A stretch of DNA of 64,000 nt from Candidatus Obscuribacterales bacterium (GTDB lineage: Bacteria > Cyanobacteriota > Vampirovibrionia > Obscuribacterales > Obscuribacteraceae): assembly GCA_965228855.1 (NCBI GenBank), contig CBDDIJ010000002.1, positions 1,504,001-1,568,000 on the forward strand, given 5' to 3'. Below the pieces are notes generated by a model, which did no database searches, was not told where the DNA came from, and saw only the letters and a program-made list of their open reading frames with translations. Below, in pieces: positions 28,804 to 39,800 of the stretch (position 1 is its first letter; the number at the start of each line of letters is the position of its first letter). Made by a program: the position numbers and the translations under genes.

Positions 28804-31755
28804 TTAATTTCCGGCGGTCAGCTCAACACCGCCATTAAATAGCACTGAGCCTTTTTTTCCGCCATTTGTAATCTCGATATTCGCGTTGTTCGCAGTGAAG
28901 GTGTTGGTTGGCTGAGCGTCCGAAGGCGGTTTTCCGTAGGTAAGAATTTCACCGTTGCCGTTTTCTACCCGAACTGTGTATAGGGGTACCCAGTCGAATA
29001 TCCTATATCCACCTTGAAGAGTTGGCGTAGGCACGACACCTCGACGTCCCTGTAGGCCTGGACGAGGCACACCTTTGAATGCTTTCTGATCTAAGTTTAT
29101 GGAGATAATTCCGACACCCCCGGGACCCGGAGTTCCAGCGGCAGTTGTACGCATTCCACTATTCAGATCTAGGATTAACGTTGGTTTCAAATTGTTTTTG
29201 CTTCCATTGGTGACTTCGATTGCTGTGTTGGCGATTATGTCGGCGTTATCATCCAGAAGGAAATTACCGCCTTGGTTTTGAAGTCGAACGGCTCCGTTGG
29301 TAGAGGTGATTGTGCCTTCCACTGTCAGCTTGCTGTTCGTATAGAGATTCAGAGTGGATACAACCGTTGAAGTGTTTAACTTTAAATCCGTAGACATTTG
29401 TCTAACAAGGTTTACCGAAGCACCTGCGTTCAAAATTAAGTCGGTTGTGCCGTTAGGATTTTTCTTCGCGATTGATTTTGTGAAAGGCTTGTTGAAGCCT
29501 TGAATGACGAACTCTTGACCAACATCTCCGATGTTGCCAGCCGCTGCGGTCAGGTCAATTGTGGCGTCAACCTTTGTCATGAACAACGTCGAGGTTGGCT
29601 CAAAGCCGTCGTACGCTTGGACGATACTTTGACCCGCTGCTAGCGTGACGTCGCCTCCGACTCGGGTGACACCACCAGCGAAACCAATCGAAGCATTCGA
29701 AGTGACCGCACTGCCGATTAACAATCCGCCAGCAGCGCGGGTTCCATCAGCATTGTAAGTGACGGAAGGTCCGCCGGTGATCGTGGGCTGCGATGTCGAT
29801 ACGAACAGGTTGCCACCGCCACCGGTGCCGCCTGATGTATTCATTGCTCCGATTTGAATTGCGGTACCAAGTGCAACGCTATCTACTCCACCGCCGATCA
29901 TTGTGATGTTGCCGTTTGTTCCAGTGCCTGCTCCGCTTGTTACGATCGTAGCGTCGTTGGCGTCAATTCTTCCGGACGTCGGGCTGGTTCCTTTGAAAGC
30001 GTATAGGTTTACGTTGCCACCGTTGCCCTGAGTACCGGTGGGATTGGTGAGTACCGAGCCGGTGCCTAACGTAATAGAGCCTCCATTTGTTGAGGCACCG
30101 TCCAGGGTGACGGATGCTCCTGTTGATCCAGGCAAGTTAGTGCCTGTGCCGGGAGTCGTAATATTGGCACCCGCGATCATCGTGACGTCATAACCTTGGG
30201 TTCCGTTTCTTGCTTCGACCGAGAATCCATTAATTCCGATGATATTGCCCGTGCTGATGAATACGATGTCTTCTGCAAAAGTTACAGTGCCGCTGATAGA
30301 TATTTGGCTTCCATTGTTGTAGAAAGTCGGGTCCCCGGTGAAGCATGTGTCGCCGATTTGAAGGTTATCCGTGGCTGTGCTTACGTGACCTGCCGAACCC
30401 GTCTGCGAGAGCAATCCGGTCAATTGATTGACGACCACTTCGTTTGTTGCATTGCCGGCGAAGAGGTTCACTTCCTTCGACAACAAGTCACCGCCTGTGA
30501 TGTTGTTGTTGAAAGTGCCCTTGTAGTCTGCGTTGCGAACATTGATGGCGCCGTTCAGTGCGGAGATAGTACCGTTTGTGTTGTTGACGTTGATTGCGAG
30601 TGTTGGCGATCCGTTGATGCTGACGGCACCGTTCACGGCGGTGATGGTTCTGCTATTGTTCACGTTGTTGGCAGTGATGAACACGGAGTCTTGAGCGGAA
30701 ATCGTTCCAGAGTTGGTGAGTGTGGAGCCAACTTGTGGCGATGTATTCGAAACGGTAGGCACCAATTGCGATACCAGAGTCAAATTTCCGCTCGATTCGA
30801 TCGTTCCTAGGTTTGTTAGTTGACCGCGAGCGTTCAGTTCCAAATCAACCTTTGAAGCGTACGAGCCGCCCAATAGATTGCTTGGGAGGACGGAAGAAAT
30901 CAACGCACCCGACTGATTCGTGATGTCATCTGCGCGAATCGCTCCGCCGCGGGCGCTGTTCGTGCTGGAGACCGCGTAGATCGAACCGTAGTTGTTGAGA
31001 TCGCCTTTCAAAATGAAATTCGAGTTCTTTCCAAAGTCACCGTATGTGGTGACTCCGGATGCGACGGTCAAATTCGCCGCACGCATTGGATCATTGTTGC
31101 CGGTAATTGCTGTGAGATCTAAACTGCCACCACGTGCGATACCGCTTCCGTCGATGACTAATTTTTGTCCATTGCCGAATAGCGCTTGCTTGATTGCGAT
31201 GTACTCTGCCGCAGTGACTTTGGAGCCGGCGCTGTATGTTTCAGTTTGTCCACCAACTGTGATTTCAACTGAAGAATTTATGCTGCTAAACAGGTTAGTT
31301 CCAAGAACGATGTTGCGATCCGCTGAAGTGAGATCAAGGTCGACGCCGCTGTTTAGGCGGACAAGATTTGTGCCGATTTGCTGAACACCGATGCGGTCAA
31401 GCTTGGCTTGGAGCCCGCGTTTTATGACGTCGTTGTTCTGAAGTTCCGCATGGCGAATGATTGCGGCTTCGAGGCGTTGTTGTTTCAGTTCCATTCTTGG
31501 TGGAAGCGAAGCGCCAGTCGCGGAGCGGGCATTGTATGTGTTTTTAAATAATTCGCGGGCTTCGCGACGAGTGAGGTCTGTGTGGATCTCGCGAAACTCT
31601 CTCATAGAGGGGCGGTCTTCGGGTGCGGCGATTGCTGTTTGAGCCGCGGAGATAAAGAGCGTGCCACAGACAAGAGCGGACGTTCGTCTGATGGCTGTGC
31701 GCCAATCCTGCTGCCGTATGGATTCCGATGATTTCTTCCCCGAACCTGATTTCAT
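28804..31755 (-). CDS. large secreted Gly/Asn/Thr-rich beta-helix (haemagglutinin-like) protein
   Basis: Signal peptide (AQTAIA-A); repeats such as LTNLGTIESSGNLTL, LTNSGTISA, GNGGNVNL; ORF opens at 31875. Confidence 0.75.
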   Translation of the reverse strand: MKSGSGKKSSESIRQQDWRTAIRRTSALVCGTLFISAAQTAIAAPEDRPSMREFREIHTDLTRREARELFKNTYNARSATGASLPPRMELKQQRLEAAIIRHAELQNNDVIKRGLQAKLDRIGVQQIGTNLVRLNSGVDLDLTSADRNIVLGTNLFSSINSSVEITVGGQTETYSAGSKVTAAEYIAIKQALFGNGQKLVIDGSGIARGGSLDLTAITGNNDPMRAANLTVASGVTTYGDFGKNSNFILKGDLNNYGSIYAVSSTNSARGGAIRADDITNQSGALISSVLPSNLLGGSYASKVDLELNARGQLTNLGTIESSGNLTLVSQLVPTVSNTSPQVGSTLTNSGTISAQDSVFITANNVNNSRTITAVNGAVSINGSPTLAINVNNTNGTISALNGAINVRNADYKGTFNNNITGGDLLSKEVNLFAGNATNEVVVNQLTGLLSQTGSAGHVSTATDNLQIGDTCFTGDPTFYNNGSQISISGTVTFAEDIVFISTGNIIGINGFSVEARNGTQGYDVTMIAGANITTPGTGTNLPGSTGASVTLDGASTNGGSITLGTGSVLTNPTGTQGNGGNVNLYAFKGTSPTSGRIDANDATIVTSGAGTGTNGNITMIGGGVDSVALGTAIQIGAMNTSGGTGGGGNLFVSTSQPTITGGPSVTYNADGTRAAGGLLIGSAVTSNASIGFAGGVTRVGGDVTLAAGQSIVQAYDGFEPTSTLFMTKVDATIDLTAAAGNIGDVGQEFVIQGFNKPFTKSIAKKNPNGTTDLILNAGASVNLVRQMSTDLKLNTSTVVSTLNLYTNSKLTVEGTITSTNGAVRLQNQGGNFLLDDNADIIANTAIEVTNGSKNNLKPTLILDLNSGMRTTAAGTPGPGGVGIISINLDQKAFKGVPRPGLQGRRGVVPTPTLQGGYRIFDWVPLYTVRVENGNGEILTYGKPPSDAQPTNTFTANNANIEITNGGKKGSVLFNGGVELTAGN

Positions 31756-31956
31756 GATCCACCTCTGGAGTGCGTTGTCGCGTGTAAGAATTCCCTGCGG
31801 ATGCATCCCACTCTGCCAGGATTGCTGAGTGATTCCGCGAAGGTTAGTTGAAAGTGATACCAGTAAAGCTACCAAATTCTACAGCATGCTTCGTGTGTTG
31901 TCGGATAGATTCAATATTTCTAGGAAGCCTTACGCGTGTGGTACCGAAATGAAATG

Positions 31957-33379
31957 TCAAGTGGGCGGCTGGTTCGATAACAGTTTCGCTTTGTTCTGCA
32001 TTGCCAGCTCGAATTTTGGATTGATCGCGAGGGCGCGATCAAAATTTAATAGTGCCTGTGGTTTATTTCGGTACTTCATAAAAATCACTCCTCGGTTTGT
32101 TAGTGCCATGCAGTCGGTTGGGTCGTCTTGCAAGACCGCATTGAAATCTTTGAGGGCAAGCGAATTTTGATTAAGCATTGCGTATGCCGTTCCTCGCCAC
32201 AGGCTGGCTGGGACGAAGTGGGGGTTTAACTCAAGAGCTTTTCAAATCGGCTATCGCAAGATCGAGTTGATTAGCTTTGAGTTGTGAACAACCTCTGGCT
32301 GCGTAAAACTTGGCTTCCTTCGGACTGAGCGCAATCGCGCGGTTCGAGCACCGAATAGCTTCGCTTAATTGATTTACCTGTGTGTGGTAGAGCGCAAGGT
32401 CATTCCACCTATCTGCGACACTGGGTTCTAGCCTTGCCGCTTGTTTCGCCCACTTCCCAAAGTTTTGAACATCGGAAATTCGAAGGTACATTTGTGAAAG
32501 GATGACCGCCTTTCTCGCGGACGGCAAATGACGATAAGCTTTTGTGATTAACTGAATGCCTTCAACATACCGATCTGCATGAGCTAGAGCTTCCGCTTTG
32601 GAGCAGAGGAAATCGTCATTGTTGGGAGATAGGGCTAATAGTAGGTCAAGGTGATGATAGGCACGCTCGAAGTCGCCAACATCCAAGTACAGTTGGGCGA
32701 GTTCGCTTCTAGCCTTCAGGTCATTTTTGTTTTTCGCGAGCCGAATGTCTAAGTCTAGAACCTGGGCTTCCCAATCATCAGTGATACTCGCGTCAGCCAT
32801 TTCATTCGCGAATACGCTTGCAAGCTCAGGCTTCAGTTTTAGGGCCGCACGTCTATCAGCGGTCGCCGCTTCGTTTTGTCCAAGTGCCCTACGAAGGTTT
32901 CCACGTTCAAAAAGAGCATCAGCGAAATTACGATTGAGTGACAAAGCCTTGTCCAGCATTTTGATTGCGGCTTTGCAATCATGCCTTCGCTGCTTCTGTG
33001 TTAGAGCGAGTTGATAATAGGCTTCTGCTGACGGTCTCTTCGAAATTAATAAGTTTAAGTCCTCCTCTGCGCTCTCGAGAAGACCCAGTTGCCTATACAG
33101 CGTGGCTCTTCTGAGGCGAGCTTTAGGAGCGAGTGGATTTTGGTCTAGCAGTTTGGTCATTTCAACAAGTTCGTCAATCATGATCGCCGAGTCGCTTACG
33201 TAGGCAGTCTTTCTTATAGGTAGTGAAGCTTTGGCATCTGTTGACGAGGCATTATTCTTCGCAGTTTCTACCTTCACAGGAGTTGTCTGCGAGCACGAGC
33301 TAATTGTCGCAATCCAACTACAGAAGACAAAACCTTTCAGCACTGTTTTGAAACCTGATTGAGACTTTGTGTGCTTCAT
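31957..33379 (-). pseudogene. TPR-repeat lipoprotein split by a frameshift near 32240
   Basis: Main frame ends ..AIADLKSS* at 32231; another frame continues ALELNPHFVPASLWRGTAYAMLNQNSLALKDFN..ALAINP (TPR) to 31957. Confidence 0.7.
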
Positions 33380-33443
33380 TTGAAATGATTCGGGGTGTTT
33401 TAACTCGGAAATTGTTTGAATGATCCAGATGCACGTTCTAAAG

Positions 33444-33689
33444 TCACTCCGCGAATTGCCTAGCCTGGTGCAAATCATAAATGCATTTGAATAAAGGAGT
33501 TGCAGGGTTCAAATCCCCTCCCATCGCGACCCAGAACTCGTGGTCCCAGCTAACTGACTGAAAATCTTTGTCGACTGTGAAGCTGAAGCTGCGGACACAA
33601 TCCTCCTGTTGAAAGTCGATTCTGTATGAGAACTCAGTCTCGGCGACGATTGCTATCGGTCGGAATACTAGTGTTTTGTCCGGTTTCAA
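33444..33689 (-). CDS. small hypothetical protein
   Basis: 81-aa ORF, TTG start with GAGGGA RBS. Confidence 0.5.
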   Translation of the reverse strand: MKPDKTLVFRPIAIVAETEFSYRIDFQQEDCVRSFSFTVDKDFQSVSWDHEFWVAMGGDLNPATPLFKCIYDLHQARQFAE

Positions 33690-33845
33690 TTGAATCCCTC
33701 GGAAGGCTCTTTGACTCGTAATATTAGATCCGTGACACCATTAGTGATACCTTAATCGAAAAGGTAATCGAATTCATTGGTTCTTCTCGTACATCGAGCG
33801 AGCCTCTGTTTCCGCCATGATAGCAGCACATCGTCACCCTTTACG

Positions 33846-33880
33846 AAAAATCACCCCGGGTGATATCACCCGGGGTTGAT
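33846..33880 (-). terminator. intrinsic terminator of mdh
   Basis: Perfect 22-bp palindrome ccccgggtgatatcacccgggg (33854-33875) followed by TTTTT on the minus strand. Confidence 0.7.
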
Positions 33881-33943
33881 TGATTTCTCGTTTATCGCGT
33901 CCTTGAACCGGCTGCTAACTCGCAGTCCGTTTATCGCAGTCGA

Positions 33944-34888
33944 TTAAACAGCTGCCACTGCGAGCAGTTCGTTCATCTTGTCGATGTTTTCGCGGATCGA
34001 TTCTGCTGATTTCTTGAGTTCAGCGGCTTCTTCGTCGTTGAGTTTGATGTCGACGATTTGCTTGAGCCCTTCTTTGCCGAGGACGCATGGCAAGCCGATG
34101 TAGACATCTTTCAAGCCATAGTGACCGTCAGCCAAGACTGCGCAAGGGATGAGGCGGTTTTTGTCTTTGAGGATCGCCTCAACCATTTGAACAACCGATG
34201 CGCCCGGTGCGTAGTATGCGCTGCCGGTCTTGAGGTGTTTGACGATTTCAGCGCCGCCGTCGCGGGTGCGAGCGACGAGAGCTTCGATTTTGTCCTTCGA
34301 TACGAATTCCGAAATCGGAATACCGTTGACGGTTGCGAAACGGGTGAGCGGAACCATCAAGTCGCCGTGTCCGCCGAGAACCATCGCGCGAACGTCTTCT
34401 ACTGAGAAGCCGGTTTCCATTGCGATGAATGTTTGGAATCTAGCGCTGTCCAGCACTCCAGCCATACCGATGACTTTGTTGTGCGGAAGTTTAGTGGTCT
34501 TCCAGGTGAGGTAAGTCATGACGTCAAGCGGGTTGCTGACGACGATGAAGATTGCGTTAGGAGAATATTTGATTGCGTTCGTGGCGACGTCTTTTACGAT
34601 ATTGGCGTTAATCTTGAGAAGGTCGTCGCGGGTCATACCAGGCTTTCTTGCCACACCAGCGGTGATGACGACGATGTCCGAATCCTTGGTGGCTTCGTAA
34701 CTGTTTGAACCTTCAATTTTTCTATCGTGATAGTGAACCGGCGAGACCTGGAGCATGTCCAGGCTTTTGCCCTGCGGCAAACCTTCAACTACATCGACCA
34801 ACGTGACATCTGCCAGATCTTTCTCTGCGATGTACTGCGCAACCGTCGCGCCGACGTTGCCTGCTCCAACTACTGTGACCTTACTCAC
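33944..34888 (-). CDS. mdh: malate dehydrogenase (LDH-like)
   Basis: GAGNVG, TAGVARKPGMTRDDL, VSNPLD, MAGVLDSAR, GGHGD, GSAYYAP. Confidence 0.95.
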   Translation of the reverse strand: MSKVTVVGAGNVGATVAQYIAEKDLADVTLVDVVEGLPQGKSLDMLQVSPVHYHDRKIEGSNSYEATKDSDIVVITAGVARKPGMTRDDLLKINANIVKDVATNAIKYSPNAIFIVVSNPLDVMTYLTWKTTKLPHNKVIGMAGVLDSARFQTFIAMETGFSVEDVRAMVLGGHGDLMVPLTRFATVNGIPISEFVSKDKIEALVARTRDGGAEIVKHLKTGSAYYAPGASVVQMVEAILKDKNRLIPCAVLADGHYGLKDVYIGLPCVLGKEGLKQIVDIKLNDEEAAELKKSAESIRENIDKMNELLAVAAV

Positions 34889-35247
34889 GTTCGAAACCTC
34901 CACAAAAACCTAGCGGGCGAAGGAGGTCAGATTAGCACGGGATCTGGCGATTGCCCGGGAGCTTAAGCATTAGTTCCTGGTTTGTATTGCGAAACTGTGA
35001 TCGCTGGCTGGTGGAACAGATTTCGTCCTCAAAAATTTAAACTGACAACTTGCTTGAAAAGTCCGGTAAATTTAGTGGTGAAAATCCTGTAGACGATTCG
35101 CCTGTCGTGTTTTATAGTCGTAATAAGAAATGCATGCAAAGAGGGGAACTCGTTTTGCTCGGATGCGTCTAAGAAAAAACGCCGGGCCGTAAAATGGGTA
35201 TAGGAAGGTAGCAGGGCTGCCACACGCAGAATCCTCGGCGATGTGAG

Positions 35248-35889
35248 GTGATTGGCTTGTTTAGCAAAAACCGAACCAGCAATTCATTTGTATTCGCGCT
35301 CACCGCGGTGCTGATGGCGGTGGCTTTCGCGTCTTCGGCAATTGCCAATGATGAGCTCACTCCGGACGTTCCAAAGCTGGATCTGGGTCCGAAAAAGGAG
35401 CCTTTGAAAGCCGGTATTCAGCACAATATTCAGCAAAAGTCAGAGCCAAAGAAGAAAAAGAAGTTGAAGGCGCAGACTTCTGCTTCCCCGTTCTCTAATG
35501 CTCAGCGGGCGGCGTTGGATGCGAGCAGATTCAACGCGTCGGCTGATGACAGCCGCCTCGAAGCTCAAGCTGAGCGCTCTATTGGAGTGATCGGCGTGCG
35601 GTTCGTTTCCACTAACGGATATCCGCCGGTAATTAATACAGTCTTCCCCGGCACTCCTGCGGCGGCATCCGGATTGTCAAGTAATGATTTGATTGTTGCC
35701 ATTGACGGAGTTCCGACATCCGGTTTGAGCAAGGATGAGTGTTACGACCTTATTATCGGAACGCCTAATACACCTGTCACACTGTCACTGCGTCGCGGGC
35801 AAAACTTCTTCGTACGAACGATGAACCGCATGGATTTGAACGAAATGACCGATCCGCGCGTGCGTCATGCATATATGTATCACTTGTAA
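35248..35889 (+). CDS. secreted PDZ-domain protein
   Basis: Signal peptide; GVIGVRF..VINTVFPGTPAAASGL..DLIVAIDG. Confidence 0.8.
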   Translation: MIGLFSKNRTSNSFVFALTAVLMAVAFASSAIANDELTPDVPKLDLGPKKEPLKAGIQHNIQQKSEPKKKKKLKAQTSASPFSNAQRAALDASRFNASADDSRLEAQAERSIGVIGVRFVSTNGYPPVINTVFPGTPAAASGLSSNDLIVAIDGVPTSGLSKDECYDLIIGTPNTPVTLSLRRGQNFFVRTMNRMDLNEMTDPRVRHAYMYHL

Positions 35890-35987
35890 GCCACCTTTCT
35901 CCCGTTTTCTCTTTCCAGTCGTGGCTGGATTGCGTCAAGCCGTCCTTCTATAAGGTATGCGGCGCAAAATCCTGCTAAACTTTCGGC

Positions 35988-36863
35988 ATGATGAGGTTTT
36001 GTTTCGATGCCACTATGTTTGGTGGCGACATGGGTGGAGCGATTGAGCTAGCGGCTGCTAAGGGGCTGACAGCTATCGAGTACCGGTTTGGCTCTTTCAA
36101 GGTTTCTGCCAGTGGCGCAGAAGTAAAGGGTGAGGAACGAAAGTATCTTGAGCGACAGTCGAAGTTGGCTGCCGATCAGAATGTTGAAATCGCTTGTCTG
36201 GCATCTGACTACATGCACAAGCCTGGCGACAAAACGTCCTACAAAAAATTCCATGGAATGATTTCCAAGTTGCTGGAAGTGTCCACAATACTGAACTGCG
36301 GACGCATTTCATTCTTCCTCGAAGTTGGACCTGACAACGCCTGGAAGACGAAGTTCGAAAAGGAGTATGAGACGCTTCATCCGCTATTTGAAGAGCGTGG
36401 CATAAAGCCACTTTTACGTCTTTCTACTCCTCATGAATTTCGTGGTGTCTCGTTAAAAAGATGGCGAGCGATTGAGCCCCAGGATTGGAGGGATCTGATT
36501 TCTGGTTGTCCCGATCTGTCGCTCAGTTTTTCGCCAGCAGACTATCTCTGGCTTGGTATTGATTACCTTGGTGCGCTTGCTGCTATTCTGCCGGCGCTGG
36601 AGCATATCGAGGCGTACGATGTGGAGATATTGCGCGATTTGCAGCGGGATAGCGGTATGTTCGGTCCTTTATGGTGGCGCTATCGCAGAATCGGAAAGGG
36701 TCTTGTAGACTGGGTTCAACTGATCGAGGCTCTTAAACTTTATGGCTATGAGGGTGCAATTTCTGCTCAATTCTCCGATGAATTTGTTGGCGCCGATCAA
36801 ACTTCGTTGGAGAACGCGCTTGATGACGCATTCTCGAGGTTGGGTTTCCTGATTCGTCGATAA
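35988..36863 (+). CDS. xylose-isomerase-like TIM-barrel (sugar phosphate isomerase/epimerase family), degenerate active site
   Basis: WWRYRRIGKGLVDWVQLIEALKLYGYEGAIS and YLWLGIDY match the family; metal ligands substituted. Confidence 0.75.
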   Translation: MMRFCFDATMFGGDMGGAIELAAAKGLTAIEYRFGSFKVSASGAEVKGEERKYLERQSKLAADQNVEIACLASDYMHKPGDKTSYKKFHGMISKLLEVSTILNCGRISFFLEVGPDNAWKTKFEKEYETLHPLFEERGIKPLLRLSTPHEFRGVSLKRWRAIEPQDWRDLISGCPDLSLSFSPADYLWLGIDYLGALAAILPALEHIEAYDVEILRDLQRDSGMFGPLWWRYRRIGKGLVDWVQLIEALKLYGYEGAISAQFSDEFVGADQTSLENALDDAFSRLGFLIRR

Positions 36864-36895
36864 AATCTGCTGTGTGTTTAGTTTAGGCAGGCACA

Positions 36896-39800
36896 ATGAC
36901 CGGCACAAAAAAACAACTGTCGTTATATGTCCACACTCACTGGGATCGCGAGTGGTATTGGGCTTTTGAGCGCTACCGAACCGTTTTGATGTCTGTGTTG
37001 AAAAGGGCAGTCGAGGCTGTAGAGTCTGGAGAATTGCCTAGCTTTCACCTTGACGGTCAAGTATGTGCTCTGGAGGATTTTCTGGAACTGCAGCCCGAGT
37101 TTGCAGAGCGAATCAAGAAGCTCAATGCTCAGAATAAACTCGCCATCGGTCCGTGGTATGTGCTCGCCGATCAAATGCTCGTCAACGGTGAGAGTCTGAT
37201 TCGCAATCTCGAAGTTGGAATGAAACTGTCGCGGCGATTCGGCCAACCCATGATGGTTGGCTACAATCCTGACACCTTCGGACACACTCAGGACTTACCG
37301 CGAATATTGCAGGGCTTCGGAATTGCAAACGCGATAGTGTGGCGTGGGGTTCCCGAACTCGATCAAGGACCGGAATTCTTCTGGCGAAGTCCCGATGGCA
37401 GCGAGGTCGTCGCGATTGCGCTGAACAAGGGCTATTACCAAACCATGTTTCATGAGGTTGAAGGCTCGGAGTCGGAAGGCAAAATTGACGCTCTTGTCGA
37501 AGCTTTACTGCCGTGGTTGAACTTGAGATTCGATAAACAGAGCGGCGCAATTGTGGCTAGCGATGAGCCTTCCGCCGTTTACTCTCGATATACCAACGGA
37601 TGCCTCGTTCCCGTCGGCGGCGATCATTTGAAAGCGCCGGCGAATTTTGCGCGAATTTCCGAGCTTGTCGGCAATCGCTTCGCCCAATTATTGTCGGAGA
37701 ACGGAACCTCGGCCGCTACAGGTGTGTCCGCCATTGAACTCGCAACGGTTCAGCTCCCTGACTATCTCGCGATGGTGTTACAGGCGGTGCAAAAACCGGC
37801 CACGCCTGTCAGGCGAATCGACGGAGAGCTGCGAGACAATAGTTGCGCTAAACAGCATGCTGCCGGCTATATGCTCCCAGGCGTGTTGTCTACCCGGCTG
37901 TATTTGAAACGTCAAAACAGAATTCTGGAACACAGGCTCGCGCGTTTATGCGAGCCGGTTTACGCGTTGATGTCTGCAGCAAATGTCGTTAAATATCCGG
38001 CAGTTGAGTTGGATAACGCATGGAAATATTTGCTGAAAAATCATCCGCATGACAGTATGTGTGGCTGCAGTGTGGACGAAGTGCATCGCGAGATGATGAC
38101 GCGATTCTCCTCTATCCATCAGATTCTCGATATTCTCGACCAGCGAGTGAAGCAGGAGTTGCTTATCCCTGGAGGACATGAATGGTCTACGGAGGAAGGA
38201 CGAAAACGGAGGGCTGAGAAACCGCCATCAATCGAAAATGCTGGCTTCGGTAGGGGCGATGGCGAGCTTGCCGATCCGGATGTTTCACTGACGAATCTGG
38301 CTGTTCTGAATGTCTCAACCAGTTCAGTAAGCGCACCGGTCAGAGTAGCTCTGGCTATTCCTGATAAGTTTTTTGCAGAGCCTGATGGTTCGGCGACTCA
38401 AGATCAGCAGTCTGCATCAGCTCCTTCTCCGGAGGCGGCTCCGACGGAGGCTACTTCGCTGGCATCGGCGAAGGTCAGGAAAACGGACAAAGAGATGTGG
38501 GCGGCAGCCAACGCATACCTGCTGGACCTCTGTGGAGACGCAACCCGATTTCAACTTGAAGGGGTTCGATTTGAAACGGAGTTGTTTGGAGAGATGGGTG
38601 GGGTGCCGCTCTACAAAGATGTCCACTATCTGACGGCCTGGGTCTGGGTGGAGAGAGCTGCTCCGTTAAGCGTTACAAGATTGCCGCTCAGTGGTTGTTC
38701 CGCCGCTGCAACTGATGGCGTTTCCGAAGCTGTCGTCAAGGCTAGTCGTTCGGAAATCTCCAACGACTTTTTCGACTTGAAAGTATCCAACGATGGTCAA
38801 ATCACAGTCGATGTGCGTGATGCGGCCGGTAAGCAGAGTTTCAAGCTCCGGCACCGGTTTCAAGACGTCGCGGATGCCGGCGACTCGTATAACTTCGATC
38901 CCATTCTTAAAGATGCGGCTGTGCAAGGACGTTTTGCTTCGTGCGAAACGATTCTGACTGGACCCCTTGTCGCTTCTTTGAAGCTCACTTATAAGATTCA
39001 TTTGCCCGAAGCATTAGTTGAAGATGCTGATGAATCCGTATGGAAAGGTGTAGAGGACAAAACAAACCTGGTGCATTTCAAACGCGCCAAAAAAACTGTG
39101 GAGCACAAGATTGAAACGACCGTGACTCTCAGGCGCGGCGTGCCGCTTGTGTTTTTTGACTCGACTTGGAACAACCTTGTCGGTGACCACCGCCTGGAAG
39201 TTCTTTTCGATACTGGCGCTAAGGTCGGTACAACCTGGTCGGAGAACCACTTCAGTTTGGTCGAACGAAACGTGAGCTCGCACGAGGTTGCCTTGCCAGT
39301 CGAGAAATGGACGGAGACGCCACTCGACCGTTTCCCCTGTCAACGATTCTTTGTCGCCAATGGTCAGGCTTTCTACAACTTGGGATTGCCTGAATATGGT
39401 GTTGATGGAGAAGAAGTTTCCTTCACGATACTTCGGGCTATTTCGATGTTGTCGCGGAAGCGATTGCTCACTCGTGGCGGTGGAGCCGGTCCTTACATGC
39501 CGACTCCCGAGGGCAATTGTCTGGGCCTAAACACAGCCTCTTATGCCTGGGCACCAATCACGGTGCTCAGTAATTCAACCGGATTTGTTCCTCAAGGAAG
39601 CGCGGTGAAGAGCGCTGGTACCTCAACCGTCATTGGCGGTATCAAGTCTGCTGGAACCGCGAAGAGCAAGTCTGTCGGTGATAAACGCCTGAGCGCTGGA
39701 TCTGTTCAACTAACCGATGCTGAGCGTGCAAAAGCTTATGCGCTGGCTGAACAATTCGAGGGCGTGCTTTGGTCCACTCCGCTTACTTCAGAGTCGGAGG

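Noticed and set aside
35130..35221. c-di-GMP-I (GEMM) riboswitch upstream of the PDZ gene (aggtagcagggctgcc resembles its 3' end)
   Set aside because: No GGCAAAC-stem-GAAA-stem-GCAAA P1 arrangement, and P2 does not pair
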